Part shown: positions 8,945-17,680 of the stretch, piece after piece
How positions within the stretch are numbered: the stretch's first letter is position 1
Layout of the letters: the number at the start of each line of letters is the position of its first letter
DNA from: Candidatus Aminicenantes bacterium
Lineage (GTDB): Bacteria > Acidobacteriota > Aminicenantia > Aminicenantales > Saccharicenantaceae
Reading direction: 5' to 3'
DNA length: 64,000 bases
Assembly (NCBI GenBank): GCA_034679465.1
Contig: JAXDAV010000026.1
Coordinates: forward strand, 239-64,238
The notes under the pieces: model-generated
What the model saw: the letters and a program-made list of their open reading frames with translations, nothing else
What the model was told of the DNA's origin: nothing
The model's database searches: none
Program-made: the position numbers and the translations under genes

Positions 8945-10162
8945 ATGAGTCTGTCCCGCAAGCAATTCCTGAAGACCCTCGGCCTCGGAGGCCTGGCCTC
9001 CGGTTTGGGCGGCCTCCGCCTGCCGCTGGCCGGGTCCCAAGCCGGCCAAGCCCGCCGCGCGGCCCCGAAGACGACCATCAAGGACATCGAGATCTACGCC
9101 TTCGACCTGCCGCTCGTGGCCCCGTTCCGCATCTCGATCGGCGAGATGAGGGCGGCCAACGACGTGCTCGTCCGCGTCCGTGCCTCGAACGGCCTCACGG
9201 GCATCGGCGAGGCCTGCCCCTTCCCGCCCATCACCGGCGAGACCCAGGCCACCAACATCGCCGCGGCCAAGGCCATCCGCGGCATGCTCCTCGGCCGGGA
9301 CCCGCTGGCGATCGACGCCGTCCTGCGCCTCATCGGACCGATCGTGCACTCGAACCCGAGCATCGTCGCCGCTTTCGAGACGGCCTGCTTCGACCTCCTC
9401 GGCCAGGCCGCGGGCCTGCCGCTCTTCCGCCTCTTCGGGGGCGACAAGACCACCTTCGAGACCGACATCACCACGGGCATCGACACGCCGGAGGCCATGG
9501 CGGCCAGCGTCCGGAAGCACGCCGCCCTGGGCTACAAGACGCTCAAGGTCAAGATCGGCGTGGATCCCGACCAGGACTTCGAGCGGCTCCGCGCCGTCCG
9601 CGAGGCGGTCGGCGACGGCGTCGCCCTGCGCGTCGACGCCAACCAGGGCTACACCGTGCCCCAGGCGATCTACGCCTTGAAGAAAATCGAGCCCCTGCGC
9701 ATCCAGCTCGTCGAACAGCCGGTCAAGGCCTCGGACATCGGCGGCCTCGCGACCGTCCGGTCGGAGAGCCCCATCCCCATCATGGCCGACGAATCGCTCT
9801 TCGGGCCGGCCGACGCCCTGAAGCTCATCGGGGCCGGCGCCTGCGACTACCTGAACATCAAGCTCATGAAGGCCGGAGGCCTCCTCAACTCGATCCGCAT
9901 CGCCCACATCGCCGACGCCGCCAACATGCGGAGCATGGTCGGCTGTATGCTGGAATCGCGGATCGCCCTGACCGCGGCCGCCCACGTCGTCGCCTCCCAG
10001 GCCAACATCGTCTTCGCCGACCTCGACGGCAACGCCGAGCACACGGCCGATCCGGTCGTCGGGGGGATGACCGTCAAGGCCGGGATCGTCACGATGCCGG
10101 AGACGCCGGGCCTCGGCTGCGACATCGATCCGGCCTTCCTGAAGAAGATGGCCAAGGTCTGA
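8945..10162 (+). CDS. Dipeptide epimerase (L-Ala-D/L-Glu epimerase type, enolase superfamily) with Tat-like signal
   Basis: KxK motif (LKVKIG), metal ligands DANQGY / LVEQPV / MADES, and the second catalytic Lys in NIKLMKAGG. N-terminus MSLSRKQFLKTLGLGGLASGLGG resembles a Tat signal with RK instead of RR. Confidence 0.8.
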   Translation: MSLSRKQFLKTLGLGGLASGLGGLRLPLAGSQAGQARRAAPKTTIKDIEIYAFDLPLVAPFRISIGEMRAANDVLVRVRASNGLTGIGEACPFPPITGETQATNIAAAKAIRGMLLGRDPLAIDAVLRLIGPIVHSNPSIVAAFETACFDLLGQAAGLPLFRLFGGDKTTFETDITTGIDTPEAMAASVRKHAALGYKTLKVKIGVDPDQDFERLRAVREAVGDGVALRVDANQGYTVPQAIYALKKIEPLRIQLVEQPVKASDIGGLATVRSESPIPIMADESLFGPADALKLIGAGACDYLNIKLMKAGGLLNSIRIAHIADAANMRSMVGCMLESRIALTAAAHVVASQANIVFADLDGNAEHTADPVVGGMTVKAGIVTMPETPGLGCDIDPAFLKKMAKV

Positions 10163-10173
10163 AGGAGGTCCCC

Positions 10174-11211
10174 GTGATCCAACGCAATCGGCTCGTTGCC
10201 GCCGGCTTCACCCTCCTCCTCGCCGCGGGGACCGCGGGCCTCGCGGCCCAGGACTTCGTCTGGCCCGTTCCCAAAACGCGCGCCGATCTTGAACAGGCCC
10301 TTCGCGCCCAGGCCGCCAAGGTCAACGGCCGGATGGGGATCTTCGTCAAGCACGTCGAGTCGGGCGAATCGATCGGCCTCCGCGAGGGCGAGCGGTTCCA
10401 GCTGGCCTCCGTCTTCAAGATCGCCGTCCTCATGACGCTCCACAAGCAGGTCCATCTCGGGATGATCTCCCTCGACGACCGCATCCCCTTCGCCGAGCGG
10501 ATGAAGACCTACGGCAGCGGCCTGATGACGGGCATGAGGCCCGGGCTGAACATCTCGGTCCAGGACCTGCAGCTGCTGATGATGGCCCGGTCCGACAACA
10601 CCGCGACCGACATCCTCTTCGATCTGGTCACGCCCGAGGCCGTCGCCGCGACCGTCGCGGAGCTGGGCCTCAAGGACACGACGATCGACGTCGATACGCG
10701 GGCCCTCATCCTCGGCTTCCTTGGGCTCGATCCGGCCAGGCGCCTGACGATCGCCGAGCTCGGCCATCTGCCGGCCTCGGTCTGGGCCGACCCGGCGCGC
10801 GAGGCCGCGGCCAGGGCCTTCGAGGCCTCGATCCATAACACCTCGACGCCGAAGGACATCGCGGCCATGCTTGAGGCCTGCGTCAAGGGCGCCTTCGTCG
10901 ACCGCGAGACGAGCGACCGGATCCTCAAGACGATGAGGTCCCACACCGGGGCCGAGCTCATCCTGCGCTATCTGCCGGAATCGACGGCGGTCGCCCGCAA
11001 GGGCGGCAGCTTGAGCCGGGACGGCGGGGACGTCGTCCTCAACGACAGCGCCGTCATCTGGCTGCCGGAGAAGGCGGGGACCCTGGTCCTGTGCTTCTTC
11101 GGGAACGGCCTCCGCGAGGTCCACTACGAGATCAAGCACAAGGTCGGGCTGATAGCCCGGGCGGCCTACGACTACTTCCTGGCCAAGAACAGGAAGCCGG
11201 CCAAGGGCTGA
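10174..11211 (+). CDS. Exported class A beta-lactamase-fold serine hydrolase, paralog of 45..1097
   Basis: In-frame 3' part of ORF 8938..11211. GTG 10174 is preceded by GAAGGAGG (10161-10168). Signal peptide LLLAAGTAGLAAQ. SxxK (SVFK), SDN (RSDNTATD), KGG (RKGGS). It has the same insertion after SDN as the first paralog. Confidence 0.75.
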   Translation: MIQRNRLVAAGFTLLLAAGTAGLAAQDFVWPVPKTRADLEQALRAQAAKVNGRMGIFVKHVESGESIGLREGERFQLASVFKIAVLMTLHKQVHLGMISLDDRIPFAERMKTYGSGLMTGMRPGLNISVQDLQLLMMARSDNTATDILFDLVTPEAVAATVAELGLKDTTIDVDTRALILGFLGLDPARRLTIAELGHLPASVWADPAREAAARAFEASIHNTSTPKDIAAMLEACVKGAFVDRETSDRILKTMRSHTGAELILRYLPESTAVARKGGSLSRDGGDVVLNDSAVIWLPEKAGTLVLCFFGNGLREVHYEIKHKVGLIARAAYDYFLAKNRKPAKG

Positions 11212-11281
11212 CGTGGAAGACCGGCCGCCCGGGAGGATCCGCCGGCGCGAGGCGAAATTCGCCCGGAATCAGCTATAATAG

Positions 11282-12034
11282 ATGGCTGATCCCATGGACC
11301 TGATCTATCGAAAAGAATACGCCGTCCACACCTATGAGACCGACCCCCAGGGCCTGGCCAAGACGACGGCCCTGCTCAATTACCTTCAGGACGCCGCCGG
11401 GGCCCACGCCGGCCGATTGGGGCTGTCGGTCCGCGATCTCTTCAAGCGCGGCCTGACCTGGGTCCTGTCGCGCTACCACATCCTCGTTCATCGCTATCCG
11501 GCCGCGGGCTCGCGGCTCGAGGTCACGACCTGGCCGTCGGGCCAGGGAGGCCATTTCGCCACCCGCGACTTCGAGGCCGCGGACGGCGCCGGCCCCGTCC
11601 TTTCGGCGACGAGCTCCTGGATGATCCTCGGGCTCGAGCGCAAGCAGCCGCTCAAGGTCGATGACATCATCGACATCCCCTACGCCGTCGACCTGAGGGC
11701 GCTCGACGACCCGTTCGCCTCGCTGCCCGTCCTGGCCGCCCGCGACGCCGAGCTGCGCTATCGCGTCCGCGCGGCCGATCTCGACTGGAACCGCCACGTC
11801 AACAACGCGGTCTACGTCCAATGGGCGCTCGAGGCCGTCCCGGCCGACGTCCTGCGCGGCAGCCGGCCGGTCGAGCTCGAGATCTCCTACCGGGCCGAGA
11901 CCTTCTACGGGGAGGACGTCCTGTCGATCGTCCAGCGCCTTTCGGACGACGGCCCCGGACCGGTCTTCCTCCACCAGATCCTCAATGCCGCGACGGGCGC
12001 GGAGCTGACCCGGCTGAGGACGCGATGGGCGTGA
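11282..12034 (+). CDS. Acyl-ACP thioesterase family protein
   Basis: Double hotdog-type sequence (YRKEYAVHTYETDPQGLAKTTALLNYLQDAAGAHA...LTWVLSRYHI; second half RVRAADLDWNRHVNNAVY). Start ambiguous between 11282 and 11294, because a perfect TATAAT lies at 11274-11279. Confidence 0.75.
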   Translation: MADPMDLIYRKEYAVHTYETDPQGLAKTTALLNYLQDAAGAHAGRLGLSVRDLFKRGLTWVLSRYHILVHRYPAAGSRLEVTTWPSGQGGHFATRDFEAADGAGPVLSATSSWMILGLERKQPLKVDDIIDIPYAVDLRALDDPFASLPVLAARDAELRYRVRAADLDWNRHVNNAVYVQWALEAVPADVLRGSRPVELEISYRAETFYGEDVLSIVQRLSDDGPGPVFLHQILNAATGAELTRLRTRWA

Positions 12035-14121
12035 GAAGCCCCCTCGGCCGGGTCTCGGCCTTCTGCGCGGCGGCCCTAGTCGCGGCGCTCGTCGCCGGCC
12101 CCGCCGCCGGCGCGGCCGGACAGAAAGACGCGACGCCGGCCCTTCCCGAGACCCACCGGAAGTGGCTCGACGAGGAAGTCGTCTATATCATCAGCGCGAC
12201 GGAGCGGGAGGTCTTCCTCAAGCTCCGGTCCGACAGGGAGCGGGACCTCTTCATCGAGGCCTTCTGGAAGCAGCGGGACCCGACGCCCGGGACCCCGGAG
12301 AACGAGATCAAGGCCGAGCATTACCGGCGCCTCGCCTACGCCGACCGCTACCTCGGGCGGGACGCCCCCCGGCCCGGCTGGCGGACCGACCGGGGCCGGA
12401 TCCACATCATCCTGGGCGAGCCCATGGACATCCAGCGGTTCGCCGGGAAGTCCTCGACCTATGACGCCGAGATCTGGTTCTATCAGGGCAAGACCGATCT
12501 GGGCCTGCCGGCCGGGTTCAACGTGGTCTTTTTCAAGGAGGGCGGGCAAGGCGAATTCAGGCTCTACAGCCCGGTCGCCGACGGCCCCCAGGCCCTGCTC
12601 GCGGGCTATTTCGGGGGTTCCGACTACGCCGCGGCCTTCGAGAAGCTCCGTGAATACGAGCCGGCCCTGGCCGCGGTCTCGCTGTCTCTCGTTCCGGGCG
12701 AAGGAGACAACGTCTACGGCCGTCCCTCGCTGTCGTCGGACCTTCTCCTCCAGCGCATCGAGTCGGTCCCGGCCCGAATGGTCGAGACCCGCTACGCCGA
12801 GAAGTTCCTCCGCTACAAGGACATCGTCGAGGTCGAATACACCGCCAACTACCTCGACAGCGACAGCCTGATCAAGGTCTTCCGCGACCCGGCGGGCCTC
12901 TATTTCGTCCATTATGCCGTCGAGCTCGAACGGCTCTCGGTCAACCGGTACCAAGGCCGGTACACGACGACCCTCCAGGTGAACGGCCGGGTCGCCGCTC
13001 CCGACGGCCGGCTCGTCCACCAGTTCGACAAGACCGTCTCCCTCGACCTCTCCGAGGAGCAGTTCAAGGCCGCGAGCCGGACGCCCTTCGACTTCCAGGA
13101 CCTCTTCCCGCTCGTCGGCGGGGATTTCAGCCTCTCGATCCTGATCAAGAACGAGGCCTCGAGGGAATTCACCTCGGTCGAGCGGGACCTGCGCATCCCC
13201 TCCCCGGGGACCGCCGTCCAGATGACCCAGCCGCTTCTCGGCTACCGGGCCGTCCGGCTCGAGCCCGAGGCCCGGCGCATGAAGGCCTTCCGGGTCGGCG
13301 CCTATCAGATCTACGGCCAGCCGGACCGGACCTTCGCCCGGGGGGAGACGCTGGTCCTGGCCTTTCAGCTCCACAACCTGCCCGACGATCCCGCCGCCGC
13401 GGGGGAGATCAGGATCGAGCTCTTCAAGGACGGCCAACCGTTCCGGGAGATCGTCCGCAAGCCCTCGGAGTATGCCGGACTGCCCGACGTCCTCGAAGAG
13501 GTGCCGCTCGCGGATTTCAGCCCCGCCCACTACGCGGTCCGCGTGTCGCTCGTCCGGGACGGGGCCGAGGTCGTCTCGGCTTCGGAGGAGTTCGACCTGA
13601 GCTTCGCCGAGAGCCTGCCGCGGCCCTGGTTCTCGTCCCGCGTCCTGCCTCCGGCCTCGGACCCGATCTACGCGGGGATCGTCGGCTCCCAGCTCTTCAA
13701 TCTCGGCCGGTTCGACGAGGCCCTGATCTTCCTGGAGACGGCCTTCGCCAAAGCGCCCGGTTCCGAGGATTCCGCCTCCGCTCTGGCTCGGGTCTATCTG
13801 GCGCTCGAGCGGCCGCGCGAGGCCGCCGACGCCCTGGCCCCGTTCACCGCTCCGGAGAAGACAGCGAAGTACGAGACCTACGTTCTCGCCGCTGAAGCGC
13901 TCAAACGCGGCGGCGAACTGGAACGGGCGATTGGCCTGAGCGAGAAGGCCCTGGCGCACTACGGCGTCAACTCCGTCCTCCTGAACATGATCGGAGATTG
14001 CCAGGCGGGGCTTGGAAGGACACGGGAAGCCCTCGCCGCCTTCGAGAAGTCCCTCGAGCTGAGCCCGGACCAACCCGGCGTCCGTTCACGGATCGATGAG
14101 CTCAAAAAGCGAAGAGAGTGA
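12025..14121 (+). CDS. Secreted GWxTD-domain protein with C-terminal TPR repeats
   Basis: ORF 11821..14121. Start ATG 12025 (MGVRSPLGRVSAFCAAALVAALVAGPAAGAAG, signal peptide). GWRTDRGRIHIILGEP GWxTD motif. TPR-like C-terminus. Overlaps the thioesterase stop by 10 nt. Confidence 0.75.
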   Translation: MGVRSPLGRVSAFCAAALVAALVAGPAAGAAGQKDATPALPETHRKWLDEEVVYIISATEREVFLKLRSDRERDLFIEAFWKQRDPTPGTPENEIKAEHYRRLAYADRYLGRDAPRPGWRTDRGRIHIILGEPMDIQRFAGKSSTYDAEIWFYQGKTDLGLPAGFNVVFFKEGGQGEFRLYSPVADGPQALLAGYFGGSDYAAAFEKLREYEPALAAVSLSLVPGEGDNVYGRPSLSSDLLLQRIESVPARMVETRYAEKFLRYKDIVEVEYTANYLDSDSLIKVFRDPAGLYFVHYAVELERLSVNRYQGRYTTTLQVNGRVAAPDGRLVHQFDKTVSLDLSEEQFKAASRTPFDFQDLFPLVGGDFSLSILIKNEASREFTSVERDLRIPSPGTAVQMTQPLLGYRAVRLEPEARRMKAFRVGAYQIYGQPDRTFARGETLVLAFQLHNLPDDPAAAGEIRIELFKDGQPFREIVRKPSEYAGLPDVLEEVPLADFSPAHYAVRVSLVRDGAEVVSASEEFDLSFAESLPRPWFSSRVLPPASDPIYAGIVGSQLFNLGRFDEALIFLETAFAKAPGSEDSASALARVYLALERPREAADALAPFTAPEKTAKYETYVLAAEALKRGGELERAIGLSEKALAHYGVNSVLLNMIGDCQAGLGRTREALAAFEKSLELSPDQPGVRSRIDELKKRRE

Positions 14122-14149
14122 GCTCGAAAAGGCCCTGATCAACGGACGT

Positions 14150-15586
14150 TCATGGATCTCGGTCCCGGGAATCCCGAACGGGCGAACGCCGCGGCGACGA
14201 CCGCTGCCGTCGAGAAGATGAAGACGTGAGGGGCAGGGGGTCCTCCTGCGCGTAGACGACCCCCACCTGCGTGAGCAGGGTCTGGGCCTCGTCCTCCGTG
14301 ATCTCCGACCGGATCTCGGCCTTGACGTCCTGGCCGAAGAAGAGGCTCCGGTTGAGCTCGTCGACGAGGGCGGTGATGCGGATGTAGACCTTGGCCGGGG
14401 CCTTGTCCACGGCGACGGTCACGCGGCCGTCCCGGACGGCGACCAGCCGGACCTCGGGGAACTTGGCCACCTTCTTGACGAAGGCCGCGGTCAGGCGCTT
14501 CTTCCGGTTGCGGAAGTAACGGTAGAAGAAGAGGCCCATGACGGCCGGGCCGATCAGGCCGCCCCAATCGAAGTTGACGGCCACCAGCACCGCGGCCAGG
14601 GCGATCGCCCCGGACAGGATGGCCATCCCCTTGTAGCCGCCCGGGAACGACGTCTTCATCCACTCGGCCCAGGTGCGCAGGCGGGCGCCGGCCGGACGGC
14701 GGGCGCCCGTCCCGGTCTCGAGTTCGTGCTTCAGGCGTCTGAGGTCGTCGGCCAGGCCGTGGGCGTCGGGATAGCGGTCGTCCGGGTTCTTGCGCAGGCA
14801 GCGGAAGACGATGCGGTGGAGCTCGGGGATGAGGTTCCGCCGGACGATGGTCACCGGCCGGGCCTCCTCGTAGGCGATGGCGTGCATCGTGTCGAGGGGC
14901 GTCTCGCCCTTGAACGGCAGCTCCGACGTGACCATCTCGTAGAGGACGATGCCGAGCGAGAAGATGTCGCTGCGCTTGTCGAGCTCCTTGCCGCGGGCCT
15001 GCTCGGGGCTCATGTAGCTGAGCGTGCCCATGACCGCCCCGGGGATGGTGTGGACGCGGCCCCGGGTGAGCGTCCGCGAAAGCCCGGCCGGCGACGCCGG
15101 CTCGCCGGCATCCGGCTCGACGAGCTTGGCCAGGCCGAAATCGAGGAGCTTGGCGTGGCCGTCCCGCGTGACCATGATGTTGTCGGACTTGATGTCGCGG
15201 TGGAGGATGCCGGCGTCATGGGCCTTGGCCAGCCCCTCGGCGACCTGGAGGGCGATCTCGACGGCGCCCATGAGGTCGAGCTCGCCCTCCGCGATGAGCT
15301 TGCTGACGGTCCGCCCGTCGACGTACTCCATGGCGATGAACAGGTTCCCGTCGGACTCGTCGATGTCGTAGACCTGGGCGATGGCCGGGTGGGAGACGGC
15401 CGCGGCCGAGCGGGCCTCGAGGAGGAGCCGGCTCCGCCTCTCGGGATTGGCGACCAGGCCCGGGGTGATCGTCTTCAGGGCGACCAGGCGGTCGAGCCGC
15501 GCGTCCCGGGCCCGATAGACGACGCCCATGCCGCCCCTGCCGATCTGGGCCTCGATCCGGTAATGCTTGAGGATTGTGCCGACCAT
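14150..15586 (-). CDS. Hanks-type Ser/Thr protein kinase with two-TM hairpin and C-terminal cytoplasmic domain
   Basis: GRGGMGVVYRA (P-loop), VALK, HRDIKSDNIMV, DFGLAK, SPEQ. Then two hydrophobic segments (GMAILSGAIALAAVLVAV, LIGPAVMGLFFY) and a tail of about 130 aa. Confidence 0.85.
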   Translation of the reverse strand: MVGTILKHYRIEAQIGRGGMGVVYRARDARLDRLVALKTITPGLVANPERRSRLLLEARSAAAVSHPAIAQVYDIDESDGNLFIAMEYVDGRTVSKLIAEGELDLMGAVEIALQVAEGLAKAHDAGILHRDIKSDNIMVTRDGHAKLLDFGLAKLVEPDAGEPASPAGLSRTLTRGRVHTIPGAVMGTLSYMSPEQARGKELDKRSDIFSLGIVLYEMVTSELPFKGETPLDTMHAIAYEEARPVTIVRRNLIPELHRIVFRCLRKNPDDRYPDAHGLADDLRRLKHELETGTGARRPAGARLRTWAEWMKTSFPGGYKGMAILSGAIALAAVLVAVNFDWGGLIGPAVMGLFFYRYFRNRKKRLTAAFVKKVAKFPEVRLVAVRDGRVTVAVDKAPAKVYIRITALVDELNRSLFFGQDVKAEIRSEITEDEAQTLLTQVGVVYAQEDPLPLTSSSSRRQRSSPRRSPVRDSRDRDP

Positions 15587-15717
15587 GCGAGCCTCCCATA
15601 GATACCATAGGGGCGGATAGGGGTCAATCGTTCCCGGGCCCTTCCCGGGCCGGGCGAGGTTGAATCCCGCCCGCGATTGGGATACAACTGGTCCGGCATC
15701 TCCTCGCGGAGGCGAAC

Positions 15718-16896
15718 ATGAGATCGATCCTGAAACAGACGCTCGTTGCGGTCCTCGCCCTGGTCCTGGCGGCCGGTCTCGCGGCCTGCAAGGCCGGGAA
15801 GGCGCCCGGCGCGCCGGAGGCGAAGCCCGCGGAGCAAGGAGGTCCGGCGATGACGATCAAGAGGGATCTTTTCGGGACCTTGCCCGACGGCGCGTCCGTC
15901 GACATCTACACGCTCCGGAACGCGGCCGGGCTCGAGGCCCGGATCATGACCTACGGGGGGATCATCGTCTCGCTGAGGACCCCGGACCGCGACGGCGCCC
16001 TGGCCGACGTCCATCTCGGCTTCGATACCCTCGAGGGCTACCTCGGCGGGCACCCGTATTTCGGGGCCCTCATCGGCCGCTACGGGAACCGCATCGCCAA
16101 GGCCCGGTTCGCGATCGACGGCGTCGAATACAGGCTGGCCCCCAACAACAACGGCAATTCGCTCCACGGCGGCCTCAAGGGCTTCGACAAGGTCGTCTGG
16201 AAGGCCGAGCCGGTCCAGTCCGCGGACGGCGTCGGCCTCGAGCTGACCTACCTCAGCCGGGACATGGAGGAAGGCTTTCCCGGGAACCTGGCGGTCAAGG
16301 TCGTGTACCGGCTGACGGCCGCCGACGAGCTCGAGATCCGCTACGAGGCGACGACGGACAAGAAGACGCCCGTCAATCTGACCAACCACGCCTACTGGAA
16401 CCTCAAGGGCGAAGGGCAGGGCGACATCCTGGGACACGTCCTCCGGCTCGAGGCCGACGCCGTCACGGCCGTCGATTCGGCGGCGAACCTCATCCCCACC
16501 GGCGAGATCGTCCCCGTGGCCGGGACGCCGTTCGACTTCACGACCCCGCGCGCGATCGGCGAACGGATCGCCCGGGTCGAGGGCGGCTACGACCACAACT
16601 TCGTCCTGAGGAGCGGCGGGGGGGCGTCGACCTTGGCGGCCCGGGTCGAGGAGCCCTCGACCGGCCGGGTCCTGGAGGTCTGGACAGACCAGCCCGGGAT
16701 CCAGCTCTACACCGGCAACTTCCTGGACGGCACGGTCGCCGGCAAGGGCGGCAAGGCCTACGGCAAGCACGCCGCCTTCTGCCTCGAGACCCAGCACTTC
16801 CCCGACTCGCCCAACCATCCGAGCTTCCCGACGACCATTCTCGAGCCGGGGCAGACCTATCGGACGGTGACGGTCCTCAAGTTCCTGACGAAATAG
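15718..16896 (+). CDS. Aldose 1-epimerase (galactose mutarotase), lipoprotein
   Basis: Lipobox LAAGLAAC. Mutarotase-family blocks (GRYGNRIA, NSLHGG, THNAYWNL-like TNHAYWNLKG, GFCLETQHFPDSPN). Confidence 0.85.
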   Translation: MRSILKQTLVAVLALVLAAGLAACKAGKAPGAPEAKPAEQGGPAMTIKRDLFGTLPDGASVDIYTLRNAAGLEARIMTYGGIIVSLRTPDRDGALADVHLGFDTLEGYLGGHPYFGALIGRYGNRIAKARFAIDGVEYRLAPNNNGNSLHGGLKGFDKVVWKAEPVQSADGVGLELTYLSRDMEEGFPGNLAVKVVYRLTAADELEIRYEATTDKKTPVNLTNHAYWNLKGEGQGDILGHVLRLEADAVTAVDSAANLIPTGEIVPVAGTPFDFTTPRAIGERIARVEGGYDHNFVLRSGGGASTLAARVEEPSTGRVLEVWTDQPGIQLYTGNFLDGTVAGKGGKAYGKHAAFCLETQHFPDSPNHPSFPTTILEPGQTYRTVTVLKFLTK

Positions 16897-16948
16897 CCCG
16901 AAGAGGGATCTGACGGGGCCGTGTTCTCGAGACGGACAACCCCTCCGC

Positions 16949-17680
16949 TCAGTTGAGAAGCGGGGTGACGAGGCCCTCGATGAGGGCCGCGGCGAGAAGC
17001 AGCGGCAGGACGACGAGGACGAACGAGCGGAGGACGTTCCGCCCCGGCCTTTCGGGGTCCGCGGCCCGTTGCGGTGAGGTCTCGAGAGGATCGGGCCTGG
17101 GCCCGGGGGCGAGGGCGGGGGCCTGCGGCCGGCCTCGCTTCTCGAGCCAGGCCGCCTTGGCTCTCCTCCCCATGGCCGCCGAGAGATAGAGGCCGACGCT
17201 CGTGGCGTAACAGACCGCGGTGAGCTCGAAGACCCCGTGCGGCAGGATCTGGGTCAGGACGAGCCGGGGGACGTCGAGGCGCTGGTGCTTGGCGATGGAT
17301 ACGAGAAGGCCCAGCACGCCGCCGTTGAGGACCGGGTCGAGGATGGGCAGGAAGAGGAAGGGGACCGCGCCGGCCGCCACCGCGATGACCGAGGCCCGGG
17401 CATTGTGGTAGAACAGGCTCCAGGCCACGAGGAGAGGCGAGGCCTCGAGGGGGATGTCCTTGAGAGCGTCGACGACGAAGGCGAGGGCCCTCTTCTCATG
17501 GGCCGGCCAGAGGGTGAAGAAGAGGAACCCGGCGACGAAGCCCAGGCCGAGGGCCCGCGCCGCGTACTTGAAATAACCCCGGTAATGCCGGCGCCAGGCC
17601 TCCCGCTCCTCCCGGCAGAGGCGCCTGACGAGGCCGGGGAGTGCGGCCTCCCGGACCGCGCTGGGATTCGCATCGCCCAT
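16949..17680 (-). CDS. SpoIIM/DUF95-family integral membrane protein
   Basis: Multi-TM protein with the family-typical ILPHGVFELTAV motif and FYHNARASVIAVAAG block. Confidence 0.6.
   Translation of the reverse strand: MGDANPSAVREAALPGLVRRLCREEREAWRRHYRGYFKYAARALGLGFVAGFLFFTLWPAHEKRALAFVVDALKDIPLEASPLLVAWSLFYHNARASVIAVAAGAVPFLFLPILDPVLNGGVLGLLVSIAKHQRLDVPRLVLTQILPHGVFELTAVCYATSVGLYLSAAMGRRAKAAWLEKRGRPQAPALAPGPRPDPLETSPQRAADPERPGRNVLRSFVLVVLPLLLAAALIEGLVTPLLN

Noticed and set aside
8938-10173. 5' two-thirds of the 757-aa ORF 8938..11211, which overlaps the dipeptide epimerase in another frame.
   Set aside because: The translation is Arg/Pro/Gly-rich nonsense until residue 412 or so. A GAAGGAGG RBS and GTG at 10174 then begin a normal signal peptide and a class A-like hydrolase. 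The epimerase frame carries all the catalytic motifs.
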